64,000 nt of DNA from Nitrospinaceae bacterium. GTDB lineage: Bacteria; Nitrospinota; Nitrospinia; Nitrospinales; Nitrospinaceae. The stretch spans positions 2,464,001-2,528,000 of the forward strand of contig OZ245011.1 in NCBI GenBank assembly GCA_965223665.1, given 5' to 3'. The notes beneath the pieces were generated by a model, which was given only the letters and a program-made list of their open reading frames with translations, was not told where the DNA came from and made no database searches. A program made the position numbers and the translations under genes. Shown here piece after piece: positions 1 through 9,857 of this stretch (position 1 is its first letter; every line of letters begins with the position of its first letter).

Positions 1-3000
1 TGAAAACTAATCCTATTTTTCGCGTCTTATTATTTTTTTCAATTTCACTCACCATATGGGTTGGCATTGCGGAATCTCAGCAAGCAAGCTACAGTTTATT
101 AAAACAACAAGGAGAAAGTTATTTTAAACAGGGATCCTTTTCTAAAGCTCATAAAGTTTATAAAAAAGCTTTAGAATTTGACCTCAATGAGACTGACAAA
201 CGTTGGACTGAGTTTAGATTAGCAGATACTTTGTGGCGATCAGAAGCTTCTAGTAAAAAATTCGATACCTCAATTTTAGATCAGGCTAGGGATCAACTTA
301 ATAAGATGGTTCGTGATGTTCGTCGAATGGAAGATAAAGACCGCATCTGGGCAGAAATTCAGGAATCTTTGGGTGACTATTGGTGGATGCGGTCACAGAC
401 TAGAAATTGGGGCTCAGCCTGGCAACATTATCAAAAAGCATTAGACTGGTGGGCAGGGGCAAAAGATTTAGAACTTGCCAGAAAAAGATATTTAAATATT
501 ATTTGGAACGTCACGGCGCCTCCCTGGAGACCTTCTTATTACTCATATGGTTACTATGGGAATTATGTGCCTGTTAAGATTTTAGAAAATGTTCTCAAAA
601 TTTCTCAGTCTCCAGAAGATCAAGCGCGAGCTAACTATTTTCTCGCCATGGGGTTGCGCAACCAGGGAAACCTGTATCAACAACAGCGTATTCCTGATCT
701 ATTTGAAAAAGCAATTCAATTGGGAAAATCGACCGAATGGTATGATGACTCTCTTTACCATTATGCAGAGTGGCTATCTGGTTCTGGAGAAGTCATTATC
801 CTTGCCAATGGCCAACAGCAAAGAAAACCCAATTATAATAAAGGCCTTGAATATTACCGACGTCTGACAAATGAATTTAATAAAGGGGAAACTCGATTTT
901 ATGATGATGCTCAACGTCAAATCGAGAATATTACCAAACCCACTTTATCCATAAACGTTGATAAAATTTTCTTACCTGGTTCTCAAATTAAATATCAATT
1001 AAATTGGAGAAACATTAAACAAGTGACATTGTCTCTTTATCCGATTGACCTCACTAAGGATGTCAAGTTGTCAAAGGATATAAATGTCAATCAATGGAAG
1101 AATCAAATCAACTTATTGCTTAAAGAAAAAAGAACAAGCTGGACTCATGACACAAAAGATAAAAGAGACTATATCCCCGGAAGAGAAACACTCTCTTTGG
1201 AAGAAAAATTACCAGTCGGTGCTTATATCCTTAAAGCAAGTGGTGAAAATGTAAATGCGCGAGAAGTTATCTTGGTGACTGACTCCGCAGTGGTTTTAAA
1301 AAATTCTAATAATCAAGCCTTAGTGTATTTTTGTGATTCTGCTAATGGGGCACCCATTGAAAATGCGAAAGTACAACTGCAACAACGTTTCTATACTGGC
1401 CATCGCTGGGTTTGGCGCGCTGCCACCGCTAAAACCAACAAAGAAGGGTTCGCCAAATTCTATTTAAAAAATACAAGACACAATTCGCAAATCTATGTCG
1501 CAGCCGCTTTTGAAAATCGGCAAGCTTTTGTAACAAGTTATAACCACCGGGGTTATTCAGACAAAGAATCTTGGAAAATGTACGTAACTACGGACCGACC
1601 GGCCTATCGACCCAATGAAAAAGCCAATTGGAAACTCACCGCAAGAACCTATGATGGGTCTAAATATTCCACTCCCTCAAACGCTTACGTTGAATATCAA
1701 ATATCCGATCCCCGCGGAGTTAAATTAAAAGAGGGTACCTTAAAGTTAAATGAATATGGAAGTGCGTGGGAGTCATTACAATTATCTGAATCGATTCCTC
1801 TTGGTACCTACACCATAGTTTTTTGGACCAAAAATAAAAAAAAACATATTGGCAGCGCAAATTTATTCCGCCTAGAAGAATATAAACTTCCAGAGTTCAA
1901 AGTTAGCGTGAAAGTTCCTGAAGAAAATGGGAAGAAAAAAACTTTTCAATTAGGAGACACTTTAGAGGCGGATATTCATGCGGAATATTATTTTGGTGGA
2001 CCAGTTGCAAATGCATCTGTTGAAATTATTGTATATCAAAAATCTTTTCAACCCTTTTGGCGACCTGCCGCAGAATACCCCTGGTATTACGAAGATTTAT
2101 ATTCTAATCCTCATCACTACTGGGGACACGGTCAACAAGTCAAACGCGAAGTGTTAAAAACTGATAGCCGGGGGAATGCTCACCTAACTATTCCAACACA
2201 GCTCGGAAATCAGGATCTTGAGTATCGTATTGAAGCACGAGTGACCGATTCTTCGCGAAGGGAAATTATTTCGTCAGAGTCCGTCCGGGTTTCACGCCAG
2301 GCATATTTTGTTTATATGAACCCCAAACATTATTTGTATAAGCCGCAAGACAAAGTAGACATAAAAATAAATTCCATGGACCCAAATAATCAACCCATAT
2401 CAGCCGATGGAACCGTCAAAGTGACCCGAGACTTTTGGTTTGAGATTTGGATCAATCCAGACGGCCAGGAAATTCAGGGTGAAGAATTAAAACGTTTAAA
2501 AGAAAAATCTGTTATTTTTCCTCCCCCTCAACCTCCAGAGGGTGGGAAATGGAAGCTTAAGTTTAAAGGATACCAGCACGACGAAATTTTGACACAATCC
2601 GTTAAAACAAATAAAGAAGGACAGGCAGAATTTAATTTCACTCCTGGTAACGAAGGATACTACCGTGTTGAATGGTTTTCTCAACCTAATAAGAAAAGCC
2701 TCCCCATAAAAGCAGAAACAACCATTTGGGCTGCTACTAATGCAACTACGGATTTGGGTTATCGCCATGGAGGCTTAGAAATCATCGCCGACAAAGATAC
2801 TTTTCAAGCAGGCCAGGAAGTTCCCGTAATGCTGGTGGCTCCCACAAATGATCGTTACGTGGTATTTGGTATTGAAGGCGACGATCTTTACGACTACCAA
2901 TTAGTTCATATGCCTGGAACAGTTAAACTGCTCCGTTTAAAAATCCAAGAAAAGCATGTCCCCAATATATTTTTAAATGCTGTAATGGTAACCGGACAAC

Positions 3001-5930
3001 AGATTTTTAGTGATACCGAACAAGTGATTGTTCCACCATTAAAAAACTTTCTCAATGTTTCGGTAGAAAGTAATCAGGACCAATACCAACCTCAGGAAAA
3101 AGGTACACTGACTATCACCACGCGAAATCATGAAAATAAACCTGTACAATCCGAAGTTTCTTTAGCTCTCGTGGATGAGGCCGTATTTTATATACAAAAA
3201 GATTTAGCACCTGATCCCCGTCAATTCTTTTTTGGAAACAAACGTAGACACCAAACGAAAACCGCAAGTTCTTTTCAAATGAAACGTTACTTACGGCAGG
3301 ACCCAAAACCCAGTCCACCCTCTAAAGATTATCCCGAATCCATTAAAGCAGATGGAGGAGCGTTTAATGAAAATAAAAGGATTGTCGGCAAAAAAGAGTC
3401 TTCTCTTCGAAGTCGATCTATGATGGCAAAATCGAATGCTCCCATGGAATCTTTTGCATCCATGGAATTAGATGATGCCGCAGCGTTGGAAGAAGCTCCA
3501 GGCAGACAATCAGGAGCCGGAAGTGACGAGGCGAATGTTCAAGTTAGAAGCGATTTTCGATCGACTATCATATGGGAACCTAATATCAAAACGGGTAAAG
3601 ATGGGAAAGCAACAGTAGAAGTAAAATTTCCCGATAGCCTTACCCAGTGGCGTGCTACTGCCCGGTCGGTGACAAAAAAGAATCAATTTGGAATTCAAAC
3701 TGCAAAAATGCAGACTCAAATGCCACTAATGATTCGTTTACAGGCTCCTCGGTTTTTTGTTGTGGGAGATGAAGTCACCCTCTCAGCCCTTATCAATAAT
3801 AATACCAATGAAAACTTAAAAATAAATCCTGTTATTGAGACGACAGGCTTAAAAGTAGATTCCAAATCAGATGAAATTTCCATTGCTCCTAACAGCGAAA
3901 AACGAGTGGACTGGTTGGCTACGATACTTCAACCCGGAAATGTAAAAATAAAGGTTACCGCAAGAAACAATAAATTCGCAGATTCAATGGAAAAAGAGTT
4001 TATCGCTCATGAACATGGTATCGAAAAACTGATTGCTAAATCTGGAAAGCTTAAGGGCCAATCTGTGAATATTTCACTTGACCTTCCTCAAGCTCGCAAA
4101 AAGAATTCGACAAAAATGACGGTACAAGTGGCTCCCAGCTTAGCAGTAACCATGCTAGACGCGTTACCTTATCTCATAGATTATCCCTACGGCTGCACGG
4201 AACAAACATTAAGCCGATTTCTTCCCACAGTAATTACATTAAAAACTTTAAGGGATTTAGGGCTGAAACCAGAAGATGTCGCCAATCGATTGTTTGGTGG
4301 AATTGATCCAAAATTAGCAAACAAATCACATCCCAATGGGAAGAAAAATTTAAATAAGATTACTGCAATGGTTGAGAAAGGACTGGACCGCCTTTATGAC
4401 TTTCAACATAGTGACGGAGGATGGGGATGGTGGAAAAAAGGAGATAGCGATCCCTTCATGACCGCCTATGTATTATGGGGGCTAACCTTGGCACAAAATG
4501 CTCAAGTAGAAATTGATCCAAGCGTATTAAGTGAAGCTTTTAAGTTTTTAGATAAAGAGTTGGTGGAAGCGGAAAATCAGTATGACCAACAAGCCTGGCT
4601 TCTCCATGCTTTAGCTTATTACCATAAAACTAAAAACTTTAAAAAGTTTTCCAAATTTCAATCCAAGGCATTTAATAATCTTTGGAAAAATCGAACCAAA
4701 CTAAATTCTTATTCCCGAGCCCTCTTTACATTGAGCGCGCATTACTTTGGAATGAAAACACATGCTAAAACCTTAGCCGAGAACCTGGAAAATGGTGTTA
4801 TCCTTGACAATTCTCCAGACACTTCAATTGTGCAAAGAGGATCAAAAACATCTGAAAGGTACACCATGGCCACGGCCCATTGGGGAGAAGACGGACTTTA
4901 TTATAAGTGGTCGGATGGAGGTGTGGAGGCCACTTCTATGGCTCTAAGGGCACTTTTAGCAGTATCTCCAGAAAACACTTTGATCGGTCCGGTCACCAAT
5001 TGGCTAATCAAAAATCGACGCGGCTCCCACTGGTCCAATACCAGGGATACCGCTATTTCTCTACTGGCACTAAATGATTATCTTCATATCAGTGGAGAGC
5101 TAAACGTCGATCAAGGATATAAATTAATCGTAAATGGAAACCTTCTCGAAGAAATTAAAATAAAAGATGTACTAAATGCCCCAAGTAATTACCTTGTGCC
5201 AAATAGATACATTGTCGATGGAGTGAATGAAATTCAATTAATTCGCACCTCTGGAAAAGGCCCTCTATACTTTTCAGTCCAGTCCCAATTCTTCAGCCTG
5301 GAAGAACCAATTACTCCCGCTGGAAATGAATTGTTTGTCCGAAGGCAATATCAAAAGCAAGTTGGCCGCCCCACTTTATTAAAGGGTTACGTTTACGATT
5401 CCGTACCATTAAACGATGGAGATACCATCAATAGTGGAGAAAGAATTGAAACGGTAATTACCATTGAATCGAAAAATAATTATGAATACCTAATTTTTGA
5501 AGATTTAAAACCGGCAGGATTTGAAGCAGTACAAATCAAAAGTGGCACTCCATTTTACACAAAGGAATTAAAGTCGGCAGCCGTGAAACTGAAATTAGAT
5601 AATACAAAAAGTATTAACAACATGAATCGGGGGAAAAATTCAATGCGAAGCAAATTGGCCAAGGAAGCATTTAGTCCTCCTAGAAGACACCCTTCGTTTG
5701 GGAACGATTATACTGGGCGTAGCCGGTGGGTTCATCAGGAACTGAGGGATCGAAAAGTGGTCTTCTTTATCGATAAATTACCGCAAGGATTTTGGGAAAT
5801 ACGGTACACGTTACGCGCTGAAGTTCCTGGTCAATTTCATGCATTGCCTGTAATGGCACATGCCATGTATATCCCGGAAATTCGCACCAACGGCTCCGAA
5901 ATCCGCGTGACTGTTATTGATAGGAATTAA
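1..5930 (+). CDS. Alpha-2-macroglobulin family protein; the ORF extends upstream of the listed 231 start to the window edge
   Basis: The frame is open from nt 3 (KTNPIFRVLLFFSISLTIWVGIAES, signal-peptide-like), and TG at 1-2 is probably the rest of the start codon. Motifs: MG2 TDRPAYRP, EEYKLPEF, VRSDFRSTIIW, PDSLTQW, thioester YPYGCTEQT, QHSDGGWGWW, C-terminal LRAEVPGQF..MYIPE. Confidence 0.95.
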   Translation, partial: KTNPIFRVLLFFSISLTIWVGIAESQQASYSLLKQQGESYFKQGSFSKAHKVYKKALEFDLNETDKRWTEFRLADTLWRSEASSKKFDTSILDQARDQLNKMVRDVRRMEDKDRIWAEIQESLGDYWWMRSQTRNWGSAWQHYQKALDWWAGAKDLELARKRYLNIIWNVTAPPWRPSYYSYGYYGNYVPVKILENVLKISQSPEDQARANYFLAMGLRNQGNLYQQQRIPDLFEKAIQLGKSTEWYDDSLYHYAEWLSGSGEVIILANGQQQRKPNYNKGLEYYRRLTNEFNKGETRFYDDAQRQIENITKPTLSINVDKIFLPGSQIKYQLNWRNIKQVTLSLYPIDLTKDVKLSKDINVNQWKNQINLLLKEKRTSWTHDTKDKRDYIPGRETLSLEEKLPVGAYILKASGENVNAREVILVTDSAVVLKNSNNQALVYFCDSANGAPIENAKVQLQQRFYTGHRWVWRAATAKTNKEGFAKFYLKNTRHNSQIYVAAAFENRQAFVTSYNHRGYSDKESWKMYVTTDRPAYRPNEKANWKLTARTYDGSKYSTPSNAYVEYQISDPRGVKLKEGTLKLNEYGSAWESLQLSESIPLGTYTIVFWTKNKKKHIGSANLFRLEEYKLPEFKVSVKVPEENGKKKTFQLGDTLEADIHAEYYFGGPVANASVEIIVYQKSFQPFWRPAAEYPWYYEDLYSNPHHYWGHGQQVKREVLKTDSRGNAHLTIPTQLGNQDLEYRIEARVTDSSRREIISSESVRVSRQAYFVYMNPKHYLYKPQDKVDIKINSMDPNNQPISADGTVKVTRDFWFEIWINPDGQEIQGEELKRLKEKSVIFPPPQPPEGGKWKLKFKGYQHDEILTQSVKTNKEGQAEFNFTPGNEGYYRVEWFSQPNKKSLPIKAETTIWAATNATTDLGYRHGGLEIIADKDTFQAGQEVPVMLVAPTNDRYVVFGIEGDDLYDYQLVHMPGTVKLLRLKIQEKHVPNIFLNAVMVTGQQIFSDTEQVIVPPLKNFLNVSVESNQDQYQPQEKGTLTITTRNHENKPVQSEVSLALVDEAVFYIQKDLAPDPRQFFFGNKRRHQTKTASSFQMKRYLRQDPKPSPPSKDYPESIKADGGAFNENKRIVGKKESSLRSRSMMAKSNAPMESFASMELDDAAALEEAPGRQSGAGSDEANVQVRSDFRSTIIWEPNIKTGKDGKATVEVKFPDSLTQWRATARSVTKKNQFGIQTAKMQTQMPLMIRLQAPRFFVVGDEVTLSALINNNTNENLKINPVIETTGLKVDSKSDEISIAPNSEKRVDWLATILQPGNVKIKVTARNNKFADSMEKEFIAHEHGIEKLIAKSGKLKGQSVNISLDLPQARKKNSTKMTVQVAPSLAVTMLDALPYLIDYPYGCTEQTLSRFLPTVITLKTLRDLGLKPEDVANRLFGGIDPKLANKSHPNGKKNLNKITAMVEKGLDRLYDFQHSDGGWGWWKKGDSDPFMTAYVLWGLTLAQNAQVEIDPSVLSEAFKFLDKELVEAENQYDQQAWLLHALAYYHKTKNFKKFSKFQSKAFNNLWKNRTKLNSYSRALFTLSAHYFGMKTHAKTLAENLENGVILDNSPDTSIVQRGSKTSERYTMATAHWGEDGLYYKWSDGGVEATSMALRALLAVSPENTLIGPVTNWLIKNRRGSHWSNTRDTAISLLALNDYLHISGELNVDQGYKLIVNGNLLEEIKIKDVLNAPSNYLVPNRYIVDGVNEIQLIRTSGKGPLYFSVQSQFFSLEEPITPAGNELFVRRQYQKQVGRPTLLKGYVYDSVPLNDGDTINSGERIETVITIESKNNYEYLIFEDLKPAGFEAVQIKSGTPFYTKELKSAAVKLKLDNTKSINNMNRGKNSMRSKLAKEAFSPPRRHPSFGNDYTGRSRWVHQELRDRKVVFFIDKLPQGFWEIRYTLRAEVPGQFHALPVMAHAMYIPEIRTNGSEIRVTVIDRN

Positions 5931-6109
5931 CAAAACCCCGAAAAGGCGAAAATTTTTATTTTTATCGGTCAAACCCAACCAAAGTTAATTGGTATCTTTT
6001 TGAAAAGTTTTTTAAGGAAGTAATAATTGAGAACTCTTAAAAAGGAATTCCTTTAAATAACCTGGGATTGGCAAAAATACTATGAGCAGGGTAAAAAATA
6101 AAACATTGT

Positions 6110-6310
6110 CTATGCCAACTCGGACAATTCGGAAAGAACTTCTTTTATAAAACCGCGGATGTCATCTTTGTTGATTGATTCTCTATTCTCGGAAATGATT
6201 GTTTTTATGGCGTGTTTTCGAATCAGTCTGGCTAAATTCGCGTCCAGTTCTGCTAAATATTGACACGCATCGTCCGACCAAAACCAATCCTTTTCAATAT
6301 GACCACCCAT
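6110..6310 (-). CDS. 66-aa small helical protein, histone-fold-like or PCP_red-like
   Basis: GGGAGG SD precedes ATG 6310, preferred over the listed TTG 6325. Core sequence WSDDACQYLAEL...AIK...RESINKDDI. Confidence 0.7.
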   Translation of the reverse strand: MGGHIEKDWFWSDDACQYLAELDANLARLIRKHAIKTIISENRESINKDDIRGFIKEVLSELSELA

Positions 6311-6492
6311 AAAAGTTCCTCCCAAAACAATTTATCGATTCAGCATTAACTATCAGTTTCAACTATTGGAAGCGCTTCCACTAAATGAATTAAACAACCA
6401 TTTAGGTTGCTAATAGGAATTTAAAACAGGGAATTTAGAAATTGAGAATTTCTAAAAAAGGTAGGCAATAGAAAAATATATTCTTAAAATCA

Positions 6493-6570
6493 TCAAATAA
6501 CTTTTAACAATCCAAAAACCATCATGACTAAAAAAAATACAGTTAGCCACTTGTCTAACGAATCAGACAT
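6493..6570 (-). CDS. 25-aa single-TM small membrane peptide MSDSLDKWLTVFFLVMMVFGLLKVI (not in ORF track)
   Basis: Translated by hand. GGGAGGG SD lies 6 nt before the ATG, there is a hydrophobic core of about 15 residues, and the stop is TGA TGA. Confidence 0.55.
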   Translation of the reverse strand: MSDSLDKWLTVFFLVMMVFGLLKVI

Positions 6571-6785
6571 GACTTACCCTCCCAGTTTTCTCTCCCATTC
6601 CCCAAAGAGGTTTTATTTCAACCTTTGGGATTTTGATTATATCTAAATTAAACGTAATTTGTCTAATTAATTCAACCTTTTGAATTAAAAGCGACCCATA
6701 AATAGTTATCCTCCCGGTTAAAGGTTAACCCATAATGGGTTGATGCGAGAAACCCACTCTTTTATGGTTAGTCACTTAGGAATTT

Positions 6786-6823
6786 TTAAAAATAAAAAAG
6801 GTGCTCTCAAAATGAGAGCACCT
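6786..6823 (-). terminator. Rho-independent terminator after the 6903-7658 gene
   Basis: Perfect 11-bp stem AGGTGCTCTCA/TGAGAGCACCT (6799-6823), followed on the minus strand by TTTTTATTTTT. Confidence 0.85.
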
Positions 6824-6902
6824 AAAAAGGAGGAAAACAAATTTCTAGCTTCTTGTTTAGTTAGACATTAATAAATTAAAAAAGTTTCAAGTTTTTACTT
6901 AA

Positions 6903-7658
6903 TTAAAATCCACCTGATATTTTCTTAATAAAAACCCGAATTTCTTTTTGTAAAATACCATCCATATTTTTTTCTTCCCGCGACAAAGTAGTCAAAATAG
7001 ATGTCCCGTACCCCATTTCAATACCTGTCGCCAGAGTTATAAGGATTCTTGTCCCATATCGGTCAACAAGCCCATGTTCCTCTGCCGCACTAAAAACCAT
7101 TTCAGGACCAACAATCATCGCCCAACATTTAATAACACTTACCTCAGTAGCTTCCTTAAGCTGCAAAGCTTCTACCCTTTCCATATAGGGTCCTGCATCA
7201 ATTTCACCCGACTCAAAGCGGTCTATCAATTGATTCAGAGTTTCTTCCTCGGTCTCCAGGCGTTCAAAAATATACCCAAATACCTTTCCTTCTAATTCCT
7301 TAAGTTTTTTTAAATTCCAGATACAATAGAATTCAGTATTTTGAATGGGAGTGGATTTGGTTTCCCATTTTATTTTCTCAATACAAGTGGGACAACGCTT
7401 GCCTGCCGAGTGGTCAAATTCGCTACCGCAAGGACATAATGATAAATAATTTTGGACCGCCAGGGCCAAAGCCTCTCCTTTAACATTTAAAACTTCTCGG
7501 AGAGTCACTCGAACTGGATCTCCATTTGCGATATGCACCCACCTAACACAGGAAGAACAATAAATATCGTATCCTCTTTCATCTTTGGGTTCGATAACAG
7601 GTTCATAAACTTCCTTGCATAGAACACAATCTATTTGTTTGGCAAAAGTATCTACCAT
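6903..7658 (-). CDS. Hypothetical protein with four Cys pairs (putative Zn ribbons) and a helical C-terminus
   Basis: CVLC, CSSC, CPC and CPTC motifs in a 251-aa ORF with an SD-like GGGGTGA. Confidence 0.8.
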   Translation of the reverse strand: MVDTFAKQIDCVLCKEVYEPVIEPKDERGYDIYCSSCVRWVHIANGDPVRVTLREVLNVKGEALALAVQNYLSLCPCGSEFDHSAGKRCPTCIEKIKWETKSTPIQNTEFYCIWNLKKLKELEGKVFGYIFERLETEEETLNQLIDRFESGEIDAGPYMERVEALQLKEATEVSVIKCWAMIVGPEMVFSAAEEHGLVDRYGTRILITLATGIEMGYGTSILTTLSREEKNMDGILQKEIRVFIKKISGGF

Positions 7659-7769
7659 GGGTCACCCCAAAAAATTATTTATTAAATTAATGAATTTCAA
7701 AATCCGTAAGTATTAGATGCGAAAGACCAACTCAAGTTTCAAAATAGGAGTTAAAAGGAAATCAAGGCA

Positions 7770-7807
7770 GGAAAAAAACAAACCCATGGCGGAGATCCGC
7801 CATGGGT
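7770..7807 (-). terminator. Rho-independent terminator of the oxidoreductase operon
   Basis: ACCCATGGCGGA/TCCGCCATGGGT inverted repeat (7782-7807), followed on the minus strand by TTGTTTTTTT. Confidence 0.9.
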
Positions 7808-7824
7808 ATTGAAATAAATTTAAA

Positions 7825-8106
7825 TTAACCGGCGTATGCTTGGCCCAATCCAGCAGCTTGAGCTTCTTTTTCACCAAGCTGGATTTTACCTGTACTTGAA
7901 TCGACAGGATGCATTGAAATTGCATTATGAGTGCTACAAACTACTTTACATAAGTCACAGCCTTTACAACGTTCTGTCACCACAACCGCTTTCATTTTTT
8001 CTGAATCCAGCATAATGGTATCGGCTTCGGGGCAATACATAATGCAGAGCCTACATCCTTTTTCTGCAATACATTTATCATCATTAACAAATGCTACGTT
8101 ATACAC
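7825..8106 (-). CDS. forE: 2-oxoacid:ferredoxin oxidoreductase epsilon subunit (ferredoxin-like, 4Fe-4S dicluster)
   Basis: CIAEKGCRLCIMYCP and CKGCDLCKVVC motifs; AAGGAG SD plus GTG start; last gene of the operon. Confidence 0.85.
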   Translation of the reverse strand: MYNVAFVNDDKCIAEKGCRLCIMYCPEADTIMLDSEKMKAVVVTERCKGCDLCKVVCSTHNAISMHPVDSSTGKIQLGEKEAQAAGLGQAYAG

Positions 8107-8158
8107 TTAAATCACTCCTTATTGTTGATTTACTCAATTACAAATAATTCCAAAGCCA

Positions 8159-8866
8159 TTACGCCGTTTCATAATATGCAGGGGAATAGCTAGAAGTTTG
8201 CGACCATTCATCTGCAAGTTCATAAGACTTTTTAATTGTTTCATTATTTTTCTGTAGTAACTGCTCCTTCTTGGCATATTTCTTTTTAATGGCTTCATCC
8301 AAAGAAGCGGTTCCTCCAGACGCCACATATTTTTTACCAAATCGTTCTTGCAACGCAGCTTCCATTGCAGGTAAATCTACTACTTTAGTAATTCCGGCAC
8401 AAGCACCAAGCATTGCCATATTAGTAGACAATTCTGTTCCACCAATTTCCAAAGCTAAGGTCGTTGCATCAGCATTGTAAACAGCAACATTTAAATCCTC
8501 AAGTCGCTTTTGGTCTTCGTCTGACAATAAGTTAACGTTTGTATTAATGATGACCAACCCATTTTCCTTAATACCGGAATAGAAAGGAGCCGTATAACTT
8601 TTTTGCATTGTTATAACTTGCGGGTGAAAAACCATAATAACATCCGGATACACCAATTCACCACGATCATAAATCTTTTCAGGTCCAATACGGGCATAAC
8701 TTTCCGCAGGAGCCATTCGTTTTTCCGCACCAAAAAAAGGATTAGAAATGGAAAACTTACCCATTTTATTTGCCGCCATGGCTAACAAATGAGCCGCCGT
8801 CACAGCACCTTGCCCTCCCAATCCGGAAATCCGGATGTTCATTCTCTTCATTACAGGTTCTGACAT
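8159..8866 (-). CDS. forG: 2-oxoacid:ferredoxin oxidoreductase gamma subunit
   Basis: GLGGQG, FFGAEKRMAP and NMAMLGA are POR/KOR gamma motifs. Confidence 0.9.
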   Translation of the reverse strand: MSEPVMKRMNIRISGLGGQGAVTAAHLLAMAANKMGKFSISNPFFGAEKRMAPAESYARIGPEKIYDRGELVYPDVIMVFHPQVITMQKSYTAPFYSGIKENGLVIINTNVNLLSDEDQKRLEDLNVAVYNADATTLALEIGGTELSTNMAMLGACAGITKVVDLPAMEAALQERFGKKYVASGGTASLDEAIKKKYAKKEQLLQKNNETIKKSYELADEWSQTSSYSPAYYETA

Positions 8867-8885
8867 TATTTTCTCCTCTCCTTAT

Positions 8886-9791
8886 CTAACCAGCGGTCAC
8901 AGCTGCTTGTTTTGCCGCTTTTTTTCGTTCCTTGGCCTCAGCATCCTTAGCCTTTAAGAACGCTTTCACTTCATCTGTCATGAATTCTTTCATAACAAAA
9001 CGACCACCAATAGATTCGGCATCTTTCATTTCATCCAATCCTTCCATGCTTTGTTTACCAATTTCCAATATACACGGAGTATACAATTGAACATATGTTG
9101 GCCCGAACTCACGAGCGACATAAACAGCATTTCGGATTGCTTTTTCTACTCGATTTGGCTTACTAACTGTCAAACAAGCCACATAATGACAACCTGATTC
9201 AAAAGCGATTTCAGGCAACCGAACTTTTTCAAACTTTTTACCTACAGGGGCCATTTTTGAAACAAAACCTTTTTGCATCAAACCACTTTCTTGCCCACCT
9301 GTATTCGCATAAAGCTCATTATCAAAACATATTGTGGTAAATTTTTCTTGTCGGAACCAAGACTGCATGGTCATATCAAGACCAATATCAACGGTTGCAC
9401 CATCACCCGCTAAAACAATAACGTCTTTATAAACATCAGGAAAGCGTACTTTCAAAGCCCGTTGCAAACCTGATGCAATCGCATTTTGGTTTCCAAATAG
9501 AGAGTGAATATTTTGAACAGCCACATGTGGAAATACTAAACTTGTACAACCTGTGGAACCCACAAATACACTATTTTCAGGCGACGGAATACTGGATAAA
9601 ATATACCTAAAAGCAATTGACTCCGGACAACCAGCACATAAAGAATGTTGCTCAATCAACTCTTTAGAGGAACCAATATCTTTCCAACTTCTATCTTCAT
9701 TACCGTAAGTAGCTGTAGAGACCATTTCCTGATACTCAGGAGGCATGATATCAGCCAAATCCTCACAGATTTTTATTTTTTCAACGCTCAT
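8886..9791 (-). CDS. forB: 2-oxoacid:ferredoxin oxidoreductase beta subunit (TPP-binding)
   Basis: LCAGC, TGC, the TPP motif GDG..DNELYANTGGQ and TPC. Confidence 0.9.
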   Translation of the reverse strand: MSVEKIKICEDLADIMPPEYQEMVSTATYGNEDRSWKDIGSSKELIEQHSLCAGCPESIAFRYILSSIPSPENSVFVGSTGCTSLVFPHVAVQNIHSLFGNQNAIASGLQRALKVRFPDVYKDVIVLAGDGATVDIGLDMTMQSWFRQEKFTTICFDNELYANTGGQESGLMQKGFVSKMAPVGKKFEKVRLPEIAFESGCHYVACLTVSKPNRVEKAIRNAVYVAREFGPTYVQLYTPCILEIGKQSMEGLDEMKDAESIGGRFVMKEFMTDEVKAFLKAKDAEAKERKKAAKQAAVTAG

Positions 9792-9857
9792 AAAAGCATC
9801 CTCTCAATATTCAAAATTAGATTAATATAAAATTTATTTTAAATCCTGGAACAATTC

